DNA of 64,000 bases from Candidatus Falkowbacteria bacterium (GCA_963774955.1 CAVZGV010000003.1:256771-320770), one strand, 5' to 3'. Counted from the stretch's first letter, positions 39,601 through 52,087 are shown. The notes: a model not told the origin generated them from the sequence alone. Program-made: numbers and translations.

Positions 39601-42600
39601 CCTCAGCCGGAAAAAATGTGGGTCATGGGCGGTGCTGATTTCCTAGCTGAAGGCAGAACAAATTATAACGATGTTTGGTCCTCCGTAGACGGATCAACCT
39701 GGATTTTAAGAAGCAATCCGCTTTGGACGGCATCTTATCCGTTAAATTCCGCACCCGCAACCTGGGAAATGTGGTCAGCCAGAAATGGACTTCAGGTAGT
39801 TAAGCATAATAACGGTGCAGGGGATAAGTTATATTTATTAGGAGGTTATGAATATCGAGCTGCATCTCAAAATGATGTTTGGATTTCCAGTGACGGTTCA
39901 AATTGGGATATATTAAATACTTCATATAATGCTCCGTTTTCGCCAAGATTTAATACAAAAATAATTGATTTTAAACCTGCTTTAGGCACTGATCAACTTT
40001 GGTTATTAGGGGGTAAGACCAGGAGTGGGGGATTAGCTAATGATATTTGGAGTACTGCTGACGGACGGACTTGGTCATTAAAGGTTGATAATGGTATAAC
40101 GCCCTGGTCTGCACGTTTTGGCCACAACGTGTTTACTTTTGATAATAAATTATGGATTTTAGGCGGTTGCGCCAATGATAAAGAAAGAGCAGATCCAAAT
40201 ACTCAGCCTCAACCCGGAGCATATTGCTTGGGCAAATGTGACGGTGGCACTAATAATGGTGCTTATTGTAATGTAGCAACTGATTGTAATTCCTTTAAAT
40301 GCAAATGGCAGGGATTAAATGATATTTGGAATTCAAATGACGGAGAAAATTGGACTTGTGTTGTTGGTAGCGGCTGTCCTAATCCTGTGGCCTGGGCTGG
40401 ACGCTATGGCCAGACAGTGGCAACTTATAATGGCAAAATATATTTAATAGGTGGCATTACCCGCGGAGCCTGTTTAGGTGCTCCTGTGTTAGGTTCGGCT
40501 TGTACTGGCAATGCTCAATGCGTTGCCGGTGGCGGAACTCAATGTGCGGGCGTGTGTTTGTCAGGTACAAATGCTGGAAATCCTTGTCTTAATGATGCTG
40601 CTTGTGGGGGAAATAAATGTTCTAATTATGCTAACGTTTTTAATCGGGATGTTTTATCTTCCTCAAACGGCTATACTTGGACACAAGAAATTGCTAGTGC
40701 TCCCTGGCCTCTAAGATATAATTCCAGCGCTATTAGTTTTAATGACGGTTATGCAGAGAAATTATATTTTTTTGGTGGTTATTATGTAGGTCCTATATAT
40801 TACAACGATGTTTGGTGGACAACTGATGGCGCTACCTGGCGCAATACTTTTTGCCAAGGGGGGATCTATGAAGGCAAGGCTTGTATTATCGCTGGTGATT
40901 GCGGTACTGGAATTTGTGCTGCTAAGACAGCTGAATGGCCGGGTAGAATGACATTTGCCCTCCAAAAATATAATGATAAATTATGGGTTTATTCTGGTCA
41001 GACTTTGGGAGATATTCCTGGGCCGGGAACCCAGTTATTACCAGCTCTTTGGACAAATGATGTTTGGTGGTCAAATAACGGTTCTTTTTGGACTCAAGCA
41101 AATAATACGGCTGAGTTTCCTGGCCGTGATTATTTTACTTCTGCAGTTTTTGATAATCGTTTATTTTTGACTGGTGGTGATTCAAACTGGGGCACTATGA
41201 ATGATGTCTGGGCCTCAAGTTATGATTATAGCAGTATGAATTTTACCGTGAGTTCGGCACCCGGTTCAACCGGTTCGAGTTGTACAGATACAGTGCCGGA
41301 AGATCCCGGAGATGTTGTGGCTCCGTCTTTGCCCTGTGTAGCTACTAGCTCAGCAGCCATTGACTGGGATTTTGTGGATAATGCGGCCTGTGAAATGGGA
41401 TACAGACTTTATGACGCTGCTACGGATGTCAGAATAAAATATGTAGAACAGCCGAATTTGAGTTTAATTTCGGAAACCGGTTTGGATGTAAATAATCAAT
41501 ATAGCCGCTATGTCACAGCATATAATGCGGCCGGCGAATCAGCCGCAACCACAGCTGCCAGCTGTTTTACCCTGGCCAAAGTGCCGAATAAGCCGATCAT
41601 TTTAAGCGCCAACGAAAATGAAATAATATTGCAAATAGATCCTAATGACGGTAATCCCGTGGGTACAGAATATGAAATCAAGGAACTATTGACTAACCAA
41701 TTTGTTCAGGCCGACGGAACCTTTGGAGCCGGAGAAACCTGGCAAACTTATGATAATTGGGGAGGCGACAGCGGATTAGCAGTTATCGGTGAATTGCCAG
41801 CAGCAGAACAGCCGCTATATGAGGAACCATATCAACAGCCTGATTTAAATAATAATGAAAATATTAATGCCGCCTTTCATATTAGTTTAACCAGCGGCCA
41901 GAATTATAATTTTACCGTGCAGGCGAAAAACGGCGACGGGATACCAACGGGATTTTCGGCAACTACTTCTGCTACTACAGTTACGACAGGGCCTGGAACA
42001 GTTTTAGCACCGAATGTAGGCGCAGAGAAAGGCGTATTCAAAAAAATAACCTGGCATTCTTCCTTTGGTCTTTTTAATGTTGCTCTGGCCAGCAATAAAT
42101 TGTTAATTAATGCGAGCGGACCAATTAGTCACGTGTTGGCAGTTTTGTCCTGGTTGTTGAATCTAACGTTGTTGATTTTATTAGTTATGTTAGGTTTGAG
42201 TCTGTACCAGACCTTAAAATATCTTAAACATGAAATTAAGTACCCTGATACGTTCCGATTAATCTGGTCAATTTTAAGCAGGGAAGCGCAGCATAGTTAT
42301 AAAAGTGATGCTTTAAGGACAGCAGACGGTGTTTATTATATAAGTGCTTTTGGGCAACATAAAAAACTGCAGAATTTAAGTCAACAGACTTTTAAAGGTA
42401 CTTTAGCGGCTATGGGTATAAAATTGATAATATTGGGAACATTATTTACGGGGCTGATCACTGTAAATCACAGTAGCTTAGCGCTTCTGCAGCCATATAA
42501 TTTGGGCGGGGAGACTTTAAAAGTTGGTGATGTTTTGACTTATGATTTGGAGGTTTCTAATAAAGGTACGGCTCCGGCTCAAAATATCGTCATCAAAGAT

Positions 42601-44189
42601 ACTCTGAGTAATTATTTAACTTTTCGTAATGGCACTAGCGGTTTGAATTTTGACGTAAATACTAACACAGTAACTTTTACCCTTCCAAGTATGCAAGTTA
42701 ATGGGTTGGCTAATTTTATTATTAATGTGGTTGTTAAGAAAGGCAGCGAAGGGAAGGTCATTATTAATCAGGCTCAAGTTTCAGGCGATAATTTTATGAC
42801 GGTTTCCACTAATATAGTCCGCAATGAAGTCGAACCCGCAGTTTTATCTCTTTGCGGGAATAATAAAATTGATCCTGGTGAACAGTGTGATCCGACAGGC
42901 TGTGCCAGTGATGAACGTTGTGTTTCTTGCCGTTGCCAGCCAATTCCGCCAGCCCCGGTTTGCGGAAACAGCATAGTTGAAACAGGAGAACAGTGCGATA
43001 ATACTGCCTGCGGAGCAGATCAGATATGCAGTAATTGCGCCTGTCTGCCAGTCGCCATCCCGCCGGTTATCCCGCCAATTCCGCCTGTCATCCCGCCGCC
43101 AGTCACACCACCTGGCACTCTACCGCCAGGCACTCCTCCGGGCACTTTACCACCATCAACACCGCCGGGGATCCCGCTAATCACGCCGATAATCAGTTCC
43201 ATTTCAGGCGTCATCGACCAAATAGTGTCGGAACAGTTAAAGGAATTCATGGATAATTCGCAAGTTGAACAAACGAGCCAGAATGTCGTGACGCCGATAT
43301 TGTTGGGCTTAGCGCTATTAAATACAGTGCCATTAATCTTGGCTTTGAGTATTTACCTGTTGCCGTATCTGCATCTGCTTTTCCTGGAGCCGTTATTAAT
43401 TTTGTTCGGCAAGAAAAGGAAAAAGTGGGGCGTAGTTTACAATTCACTGAGTAAAGTGCCTGTTGATTTGGCTTTGGTAAGATTGTACCGTAAAAATGAT
43501 AATATGCTGGTGCAGACTAGGGTAACGGATAAGGAAGGCAGATATATCATAATCGCCAAAGAACCTGGTAAATATTACCTGAGCGTCACTAAGCCTGGAT
43601 TTACCAGCCCAACAAAATATCTGAAAGATGAAAAACAAGATCTGAAATACCTAGATTTGTATCATGGAGAAATGCTTGAGATCACTGAAAAGGATGCGGT
43701 CATAACTGCCAATATACCATTGGATCCGGCAGAAAAGATGGCCTTGCCGCTCAAGGAAGTGCTTAGGAGCTATTTATTGAAAAATTTAAGGTTAATCATC
43801 TCGTATGTGGGCATTATTCTGGCCTTACTGATAGTGATCATTTATCCGACCGTAATTACCATTGGAGCTTTGATTTTGCATGTTATTTTATTCTTGATTT
43901 TCCGCAGGCTGATAGTGCCGGCCAAGCCCAAACGCTGGGGCATTGTTTATGATGCCGAAAACAAGGCGCCATTGCATCAGGCCGTGGTAAGAATTTTTGA
44001 CACGAAATTTAACAAGCTGCTGGAAACGCAGGTGACAGACCGCAAAGGACGTTATGCTTTCTTGTGGGAAAAAATGAATACCAGCTGTTGACGGAAAAAG
44101 AAGGTTACAAACCCAGGGAAGTTAAGCCGGTTGATCTGGTTAAAAATGAGGAGATTGTCAATTTGGATGTCGGATTGAGTAAAAATTGA
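36634..44189 (+). CDS. Giant surface protein 1: propeller, Kelch-like repeats with Cys-rich inserts, FN3-like, DUF11, Cys/Pro stalk and multi-TM anchor with two carboxypeptidase-regulatory-like domains; 1-nt deletion near the 3' end
   Basis: ORF 36634..44091; the paralogous C-terminus resumes in another frame after ttcttg-tggga (about 44064) and ends at TGA 44187-44189; NDVW.S.DG..W and K.WVMGG repeats. Confidence 0.85.
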
Positions 44190-44190
44190 T

Positions 44191-44300
44191 ATCGGAATCA
44201 CCTGCCTACGCCAAGGCTTCGGCAGGCAGGCGGAAATTGATTCACGAAAATACACGAAAACGAATACTGGAACGAAAACTGGATTTAGTGTATTTCGTTA
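44191..44300. repeat. cacgaaa-type element with an inserted REP-like hairpin
   Basis: tcggaatca[cctgcc-tacgccaaggcttc-ggcaggcagg]cggaaattgattcacgaaaatacacgaaaa...tttagtgtatttcgtt. Confidence 0.65.
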
Positions 44301-44428
44301 TAACTTTATAATTCATTTATCCAATATTAAAAGCTCCCATTATTGTGGTTGGAGGAGTTTTTATATTGGCGATTTTTATTTTGGCTAGTTTTAGCCAGAT
44401 GATATAATAAAATTGTAATCAAAGACAC

Positions 44429-47400
44429 ATGCTGAACCCAAGGAAAATCAGACAAAATATGTTTTTCTTGAAATTTTTTAGTTTTAAAACTAAGCTCATT
44501 TTGAGTTTGGTTTTTGTTTTAATTATTGTAGTTACTTTGGGTTATAATTATTTTCAATCTGTTAACGCGGAAAATGTGTCGTTTACTGAAACATTCTCCA
44601 CACTTGCTAATAAAGATGTTAATATCACAACCGGCAAATGGGATACGGTTTTGGGGCTAGCGAGATTGCTGGGTAAAGACTGGGTTAATATGGCGGAAAC
44701 AAAAGATGGCTTAGAAACCATTAGTTCCAGTGGTATCAATTACATTTACGACGTTGAATATGATTCAGCGGGCAATCCTTATATAGTGGGTATAGATAAA
44801 AGTAGGGGCAGAAATTTGCCGTTTTTTGTCAAATGGACGCCCAGTATGGGCTGGACCAATATGGCAGAAACAATTGCAGGCCAGGAAATTTTATATGATA
44901 CGGGATTTTCTGCGTCTTCCCCAGAACTTGCTTTAGATAGTAATGATAATCCCTATCTTATCTGGGGTCAGCTTATTCCACCGTCTGGATCTGAAGCGGA
45001 CATCTTTTTTACTAAATGGTCGCCCTCTGCCTGCGGCGGAGCAGGTTGTTGGACAAATATGGCGGGAACAACCGCTGGTCCGGAAGAAATTGCGCATAAC
45101 GGCTATCGTTATAATATTGTGAATGATATTAAAATTGATTCCAGCAATTATCCCCAAGTGCTTTATAGTCTTGATATGACAGGATCAAATATTCATGATT
45201 TGTTTTTTTCCAGATGGAATGGCGCAAGCTGGACCAAAGCTAATGGTATTGACGCTGACAGTGATCCTGCGACTTATGAAAGTGATAATATTACTAACAC
45301 TCCTGCTGCTGATGATCAATTGGCTGGTTTAAATTTAGTTAATGATAATCCTTATGTCGCTTGGTATGGCTTTTCAAATACAGATGTACTTTTTAGCAAA
45401 TGGACTCCCGGGTTAGGTTTGTGCGCTGATCCCGTGGGTTGCTGGACAAATATGCAGGAAACAATTTTAGGGCCGGAAAAGGTTGATCAGCCAAATGTCG
45501 TAGGTTACCCAGGCACTTATTTTTCCGCACCAAAAAATAATTTTAAAATCGCTACCGACAATAATGTTTATATTAGCTGGTCTTATGAGACTCCTGCGGC
45601 TGTACCCGGCCAGCCACTAGACGTTTATATCAGAAAAGGCATAGCAGGTGTTGGTTGGAGTCAGATTGATAATTCTCCCGGCTATACAAATGTTTCTAAT
45701 AGTGCCCTTGACAATTCAAATTTAAAGGGTTTTTCACTGGATTCAGCTAATAATCCTAATGTTATCTGGGGGGAAAGACCTGGCGGATGGGGTGGTACAA
45801 ATAACGATGTCTATTTTGCTCGTTGGAATGGTTCTTCTTGGGTAAAAATGGATGGTACTCCGGCTCCAGAAAATATAACGAATTCAGCAGATACTATTAC
45901 AGCGCCTGAATTTATTGTTTTAGATTCTTTTAATACGCCCTATGTTTTGTATTATGAATCAAGCGGAAGACAGCTAAAAAAATGGAGCGGTTCAATCTGG
46001 GGGAAGATGGATGGTAGTGCCGGATATGAATTATTAACCCCTCCTTCTGTAGCTGTAAGATCTTTGGATATAATTAACAGCAATCCTCAGTTTATCGGTG
46101 ATAATAACGTTGTCGAATCAGCATATTTTAGTAAATATCTACCGACATATAATACTACTTCAACTATTCAGTCAGTAAATGTTAGTACCGCCGGTACGGA
46201 TTTTATCAAGAGCGCAGCTTTAACCGCGAACCAAACACTTAACGGCCAAAATATTATTTATTCAATTTCAAATGATGGCGGTGCGACTTGGACAATTGTG
46301 CCAGGTACGGGCACTCTGTTAGATTTTAGTACTGCTGGCAATGATTTACGCTGGAAGGCAGATTTGCAAGGAACTTCTTCGGTTACGCCGATAATTAATG
46401 ATTTATCTCTTAGTTATCAGACCAGAAAAATCACTTGTAGTCTGACCCCAAACTCAGTTTTACAGGGACAGTCGGTGACTATTTCCGCAAGCACTGGTTT
46501 TGCGGCTCCGAAGGTCTGGGCAACTGTGGAAAAAGACGGTTCAGTTTTAAGTACCGTAGATCTTGTCGGTGGGCCTAATAATTGGAGTTATCAGTTTCCG
46601 ACTGGTAGCCAGAATTTTGGGCAAAATGATGTGGCCGTGTTTACTACAGATGGAACTGATACCTTTGTCTGCAATCCTTCAACAGGCGCTGATTGGCAGA
46701 TGATGACCAAGGAAGATATTCCCTGGGATAGGCGGTATACTCATAGTGCTGTTTCGTTTAATAATCGTTTGTTTGTTATGGGTGGGATAACTGATCGTAA
46801 TCAGAATGATATCTGGTATTCAGCTGACAATGGAGTCAATTGGACCGGTCCGGCCACAGCCGCCTGGAGTCCCAGAAGCTATTTTGGTTTGGTTAATTTT
46901 CAAGGTCAATTGTGGCTATTGGGTGGGTCATATATGGAAGACACTGCTAATGATGTCCCGAGTACTACTACTTATAATGATATTTGGGTTTCTAGTAATG
47001 GCCTTAATTGGACTCCAAGCACTCCTGCAAATGCGCCATGGATCGGACGTTTAGGTTTTGGGTCTACGGTTTATGATGGCAAAATTTGGATAGCGGGAGG
47101 TTATGATTATTTGTCCGCTACTTATATGAATGATGTTTGGTCTTTTGATGGTACAACCTGGGTAAATGAAACCACTCTTCCGACCGGACGTTATGGGCTG
47201 CAATTGGCTGCTTGGGATGAAGATGGAAGCGGACTAGAACCTGAAAAATTATGGGTTATTGCCGGCCGTAGTACAGGCGGTGTGAGGGAAGAAGATGTTC
47301 ATTCTTATGATACTATTTCTGGCTGGAATTGTGTTGCCGGTCCAGTCGCTTATGGTTGTCCGGCCGCTTCAATTCCTGCTTGGGGAGCGCCTCCAGTCGT

Positions 47401-50400
47401 TGGTGATGGCAGACTTTTTCACCAAGTGCTTATTTATAATGATCCCAACGACGCTTTAGATACCCCAAATATGTATTTAATGGGTGGGCAGACAGTATTT
47501 TCAGGCGAATATAATTTTAATGATGTTTGGGTTACTACGACTGCAGATGCCAAGCCTGGCGCTGATTGGAATTTGGTAGTTGATCCGGATGATTATTATC
47601 CATATACAGATCCGCCAACTTTACCGCAACAATGGACGAGTTGGAGCGGACGACGCAATTTTGCGGCTACTATTCATGATGGAAAAATGTGGGTTTTGGG
47701 TGGCTATGGAATTACTACCCGTTCAACCTGGAATGATGTTTGGTACTCTGATAACGGAAATGACTGGAATCTTGTAGGAGAAAATTATGGGGGTATTTTT
47801 CAGAAGCGTTGGGGTACTCAGCTTACTCATCTAGATCCTGATGGCCCTTTAGGACCTATTCCTGATAAATTATTTATTTTAGGAGGGACTACAGGCGCAG
47901 TCGGCAGTACTAATGATGTTTGGTCATCTGTAAATGGCACTGATTGGACCTTAGAATTGTATTCAGACCCTTATGATATTCCTACTCCCACGCGTTGGCT
48001 GCCGCGTAATGCACATCAGGTAGTAACATATAATAATAATTTATATCTGGTCGGGGGTTGTAGTCAGGGCGGTTCTTTTTGTTACGGTTATTGTTCGATT
48101 ACCAAAAAACGCTGTACGAATGACATTTTAATACCCGCAATCGCAGCAGTTAATTGTGATTCTGTAACTGAAGGTATATGTCTGCCGGGTAATTTTAATG
48201 ATGTTTGGTCGTCACCAGATGGTGTCAGCTGGAATTTGGTGACTGATACTCCTGCCTGGGAAGGTAGATATTATCCTACGGTATCAGTTTTTGATGATGG
48301 CACAGGCGAAAAAATTTGGATGCTGGGCGGCCAAGGGTGGCGTCGTTGTATCGGCGGAGTAGAAGATGGCGCTGTTTGTGATAAAAATGCAAGTTGCGAC
48401 AGTAATGTTTGTTCTCGCATTTGCTATGGAGGCGATAGAAAAGGTTTAAGTTGTACTACAGATGCAAATTGTCCGGCCTCGGTTTGCGCCGGCGGGCAAC
48501 CGAGTGTAGACGCTTATAGATTTTTAAAAGATGTTTGGTTTACATCCGATGGTAGTGTCTGGTATTCTGGTTTTTGTACTGGCGGTGCTAATGCTGGCGC
48601 TGCTTGTAATAAAAACAGTGATTGTGCCAGCTTGGTATGTACAGCTAATAAGGCTGCGTGGTCAGCGAGGAATGGTCATAGTTCGGTTGCTTATAACGAC
48701 GGTTCAGGTGAAAAATTGTATGTTATGGGTGGTTGGGATTCAAGCCCTGCCAGCAGTTTAAATGATGTCTGGTCAACTTCGGATGGCAAAAATTGGTCAC
48801 AAATTGCTTTACTTGATGAACCAGGCTGGCTTAGACGTTATACTCATCAAATATATAATTATGATGATAAAATATTTTTACTTGGGGGCAACACCTTTAG
48901 AACCTCGGCTCCGAATAGGAATTTGCTACCAGCTTTATGGACGGATGAGGTTTGGACATCGGTTACCGGCAATGGCAGTGATTGGACTCCTGTTACCACT
49001 GATGCTCCATGGCGCGGTCGTGATTTTTTTAGTAGTACTATTTTTAATAATCGAATGTGGTTAACAGGTGGCGATTCATCAACCTCAGCTATGAATGATG
49101 TCTGGGCCAGTACATATGATTATAGCAGTATGAATTTCACAGTCAGTACGCCGCCCGGTTCAACCGGTTCAAATTGTACAGATACTAAACCTGAAGATCC
49201 AGGAGATGTTGTGGCCCCGACTTTACCCTGTGTCGCTACTAGCTCGGCAGAGATTGACTGGAATTTTGTGGATAATGCGGCCTGTGAAATGGGATACAGG
49301 CTTTATGACGCTACTACAGATATCAGAATGAAATATGTAGAACAGCCGAATCTGAGCACAATCGAAGAAACAGGATTAGCCACCAATATCCAATACAGCC
49401 GCTATGTCACAGCATATAATGCAGCCGGTGAATCAGGAGCGACTAGCCCAGCCAGCTGCTATACCCTGGCCAAAGTGCCAAATAAGCCGATAATATTGAG
49501 CGCCAATGAAAATGAAATAATATTGCAAATTGATCCCAATGACGGGAATCCTCCAGGCACAGAATATGAAATCAAGGAATTATTGACTAACCAATTTGTT
49601 CAGGCCGATGGGACCTTTGGAACCGTAGAAACCTGGCAGACTTATGCTGCTTGGGGAGGCGACAGCGGATTAGCAGTGATTGGTGAATTGCCAGCAGCAG
49701 AACAACCGCTCTATGAGGAACCATCTCAACAGCCGGATTTGAATGCCGCTTTTCATATTAGTTTAACCGCCGGCCAGAATTATAGTTTTGTTGTGCAGGC
49801 GAAAAACGGCGACGGGATCCTGACTGGATTTTCTCCGGCCACGGGCAGTACTTCAGGCCCAACCGGACCTGCTCCCGTATTAGCACCGATAATAACAGCC
49901 GCTAAAGGCGTGGCTATTAATTTAGTCAGAAACAGTAATTATAACGTAAATATTTTTGCCGCTGCCCTGGCTGAAAGCGGCTTTGGCTTTAATGCCAATA
50001 CCAGTAAGACAGAAAGTCTGCTGCGGGAATTTTCATTGATTTTAAACCTGCTGATCCTGATATTGCTGGGCTTTTTGTCAGGCAGTATCATCAGCTCCTT
50101 CAGCCATCTGGGCAAAGATTTAAACTGGCAAAAAAGACTGAAACTACTGGGACAGATGTTTGTGAAAGAGCCGGCAGTAATGTTCAGCGAGCAGGCGCAG
50201 CCTGATAAAAACGGGATTTACCAGATATCATTTGAAAAACACAAGCAAAGCCAGCTCAATGCGCAAAAACACGTCAAACGAGCTTTGGGTTTAATTGCCA
50301 TTAAAGCCGTAGTTTTGGTCACGCTTTTAACCGGCTTGGCCGGAGTCAATCATTTGGGCAAAGCGCAAACAGCGCCGTATGACCAGAGCGGCACAGCAGT

Positions 50401-52087
50401 GAATGTGGGCGATAAGCTGAGCTATATAATTGAAATCAGCAATTCAGGTACAGCCGCGGCCAATGACGCAGTAGTTATGGATACGATAGACAGCAATCTG
50501 GAAAATTTTACAGTTACCGGAATAATTAATTGTGGTACATATACTGACAAGTCAACAGCAACAGTTTTAAACGTAGACGGAGTTGATGTGGCCGAGGCAT
50601 CAACCTGTGTCATTACCTATACAGCGAAAGTAAAAACAGGCACAGAAGGAAATACCATTACCAATCAGGCTTTGGCCTTGGGTCCAGACTTTGCCACAGT
50701 GACAACGAATATAACCATTAATAGTATAAATGCTGCGCCAGCATTAGTTTGCGGGAATAATAAAATTGATCCGGGTGAACAATGTGATCCGACAGGTTGT
50801 GCCAGTGATGAACGTTGTGTTTCTTGCCGTTGCCAGCCAATCCCGCCCACACCGGTTTGCGGTAACAACATAGTGGAAACAGGGGAACAGTGCGATAATA
50901 CTGCCTGCGGAGCAGATCAGATATGCAGTAATTGCGCTTGCCAATCCGTTATCCCGCCAATCCCGCCAGTAATCCCGCCGCCAGTCACACCACCAGGAAC
51001 TCTACCGCCAGGAACTTTACCACCAGGCACCCCGCCGGGCACTTTACCACCATCGACACCTCCGGGCATACCGTTAATTACGCCGATAATCAGTTCAATT
51101 TCAGGCGCTATAGACCAAATATTGCCGGAACAGTTAAAGGCAATTTTGGATAATCCGCAAGTTGAACAAACGAGCCAGAATATTGTGACGCCGATACTTT
51201 TAGCCTTGGCGCTATTAAATACAGTGCCATTAATATTGGCTTTGAGTATTTACCTGTTGCCGTATCTGCATCTGCTTTTCCTGGAGCCGTTATTAATTTT
51301 GTTCGGCAAGAAGAGGAAAAAGTGGGGCGTAGTTTACAATGCTTTAACCAAAATACCAATAGATTTAGCTTTGGTCAGATTGTACCGTAAAAATGATAAT
51401 ATGCTGGTGCAGACGAGGGTCACGGATAAGGAAGGCAGATATATCATCATTGCCAAAGAACCCGGTAAATATTATCTGAGCGTAACCAAACCGGGATTTA
51501 TCAGCCCGACCAGGTATCTGAGAGATGAAAATCAAGATACAAAATATCTGGATCTGTATCACGGTGAAGTGATTGAAGTGACAGAAAAAGATGCGGTCAT
51601 CACCGCCAATATCCCGTTGGATCCAGCGGAAAAGATGGTTTTACCGATAAAAGAGGTTGTCAGAAGTTATCTGCTCAAGAACTTAAGATTAATTATTTCC
51701 TATATCGGGATGGTCCTGGCTTTGCTGATAGTGATTATTTATCCCACAGTAATAACCATTGGAGCTTTGATTTTGCATGTTATTTTGTTCTTGATTTTCC
51801 GCAGAATGATAGTGCCGGCCAAGCCCAAACGCTGGGGCATTGTTTATGATGCCGAAAACAAGGCGCCATTACATCAGGCTATTGTCAGAATCTTTGATAC
51901 CAGATTTAATAAATTGCTGGAAACCCAGGTGACTGACCGCAATGGCCGCTATGCCTTTTTGGTGGGTAAAAATGAATACCAGCTGTTGACTGAAAAAGAA
52001 GGTTACAAACCCAAAGAAGTTAAGCCTGTTGACCTGGTTAAAAATGAGGAGATTGTCAATCTGGATGTTGGCTTAAATAGAATTTAA
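44429..52087 (+). CDS. Giant surface protein 2 (same architecture as protein 1)
   Basis: 2552 aa; signal region nearly identical to protein 1; Kelch-like repeats; shared stalk/anchor; promoter TGaTATAAT and terminator at 52108-52134. Confidence 0.9.
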   Translation: MLNPRKIRQNMFFLKFFSFKTKLILSLVFVLIIVVTLGYNYFQSVNAENVSFTETFSTLANKDVNITTGKWDTVLGLARLLGKDWVNMAETKDGLETISSSGINYIYDVEYDSAGNPYIVGIDKSRGRNLPFFVKWTPSMGWTNMAETIAGQEILYDTGFSASSPELALDSNDNPYLIWGQLIPPSGSEADIFFTKWSPSACGGAGCWTNMAGTTAGPEEIAHNGYRYNIVNDIKIDSSNYPQVLYSLDMTGSNIHDLFFSRWNGASWTKANGIDADSDPATYESDNITNTPAADDQLAGLNLVNDNPYVAWYGFSNTDVLFSKWTPGLGLCADPVGCWTNMQETILGPEKVDQPNVVGYPGTYFSAPKNNFKIATDNNVYISWSYETPAAVPGQPLDVYIRKGIAGVGWSQIDNSPGYTNVSNSALDNSNLKGFSLDSANNPNVIWGERPGGWGGTNNDVYFARWNGSSWVKMDGTPAPENITNSADTITAPEFIVLDSFNTPYVLYYESSGRQLKKWSGSIWGKMDGSAGYELLTPPSVAVRSLDIINSNPQFIGDNNVVESAYFSKYLPTYNTTSTIQSVNVSTAGTDFIKSAALTANQTLNGQNIIYSISNDGGATWTIVPGTGTLLDFSTAGNDLRWKADLQGTSSVTPIINDLSLSYQTRKITCSLTPNSVLQGQSVTISASTGFAAPKVWATVEKDGSVLSTVDLVGGPNNWSYQFPTGSQNFGQNDVAVFTTDGTDTFVCNPSTGADWQMMTKEDIPWDRRYTHSAVSFNNRLFVMGGITDRNQNDIWYSADNGVNWTGPATAAWSPRSYFGLVNFQGQLWLLGGSYMEDTANDVPSTTTYNDIWVSSNGLNWTPSTPANAPWIGRLGFGSTVYDGKIWIAGGYDYLSATYMNDVWSFDGTTWVNETTLPTGRYGLQLAAWDEDGSGLEPEKLWVIAGRSTGGVREEDVHSYDTISGWNCVAGPVAYGCPAASIPAWGAPPVVGDGRLFHQVLIYNDPNDALDTPNMYLMGGQTVFSGEYNFNDVWVTTTADAKPGADWNLVVDPDDYYPYTDPPTLPQQWTSWSGRRNFAATIHDGKMWVLGGYGITTRSTWNDVWYSDNGNDWNLVGENYGGIFQKRWGTQLTHLDPDGPLGPIPDKLFILGGTTGAVGSTNDVWSSVNGTDWTLELYSDPYDIPTPTRWLPRNAHQVVTYNNNLYLVGGCSQGGSFCYGYCSITKKRCTNDILIPAIAAVNCDSVTEGICLPGNFNDVWSSPDGVSWNLVTDTPAWEGRYYPTVSVFDDGTGEKIWMLGGQGWRRCIGGVEDGAVCDKNASCDSNVCSRICYGGDRKGLSCTTDANCPASVCAGGQPSVDAYRFLKDVWFTSDGSVWYSGFCTGGANAGAACNKNSDCASLVCTANKAAWSARNGHSSVAYNDGSGEKLYVMGGWDSSPASSLNDVWSTSDGKNWSQIALLDEPGWLRRYTHQIYNYDDKIFLLGGNTFRTSAPNRNLLPALWTDEVWTSVTGNGSDWTPVTTDAPWRGRDFFSSTIFNNRMWLTGGDSSTSAMNDVWASTYDYSSMNFTVSTPPGSTGSNCTDTKPEDPGDVVAPTLPCVATSSAEIDWNFVDNAACEMGYRLYDATTDIRMKYVEQPNLSTIEETGLATNIQYSRYVTAYNAAGESGATSPASCYTLAKVPNKPIILSANENEIILQIDPNDGNPPGTEYEIKELLTNQFVQADGTFGTVETWQTYAAWGGDSGLAVIGELPAAEQPLYEEPSQQPDLNAAFHISLTAGQNYSFVVQAKNGDGILTGFSPATGSTSGPTGPAPVLAPIITAAKGVAINLVRNSNYNVNIFAAALAESGFGFNANTSKTESLLREFSLILNLLILILLGFLSGSIISSFSHLGKDLNWQKRLKLLGQMFVKEPAVMFSEQAQPDKNGIYQISFEKHKQSQLNAQKHVKRALGLIAIKAVVLVTLLTGLAGVNHLGKAQTAPYDQSGTAVNVGDKLSYIIEISNSGTAAANDAVVMDTIDSNLENFTVTGIINCGTYTDKSTATVLNVDGVDVAEASTCVITYTAKVKTGTEGNTITNQALALGPDFATVTTNITINSINAAPALVCGNNKIDPGEQCDPTGCASDERCVSCRCQPIPPTPVCGNNIVETGEQCDNTACGADQICSNCACQSVIPPIPPVIPPPVTPPGTLPPGTLPPGTPPGTLPPSTPPGIPLITPIISSISGAIDQILPEQLKAILDNPQVEQTSQNIVTPILLALALLNTVPLILALSIYLLPYLHLLFLEPLLILFGKKRKKWGVVYNALTKIPIDLALVRLYRKNDNMLVQTRVTDKEGRYIIIAKEPGKYYLSVTKPGFISPTRYLRDENQDTKYLDLYHGEVIEVTEKDAVITANIPLDPAEKMVLPIKEVVRSYLLKNLRLIISYIGMVLALLIVIIYPTVITIGALILHVILFLIFRRMIVPAKPKRWGIVYDAENKAPLHQAIVRIFDTRFNKLLETQVTDRNGRYAFLVGKNEYQLLTEKEGYKPKEVKPVDLVKNEEIVNLDVGLNRI
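49301..52076 (+). repeat. About 2.8-kb near-identical direct repeat (copy A; C-terminal module of giant protein 2)
   Basis: Aligns to 56313-59088 at a constant 7012-bp offset with scattered, mostly synonymous differences. Confidence 0.9.
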
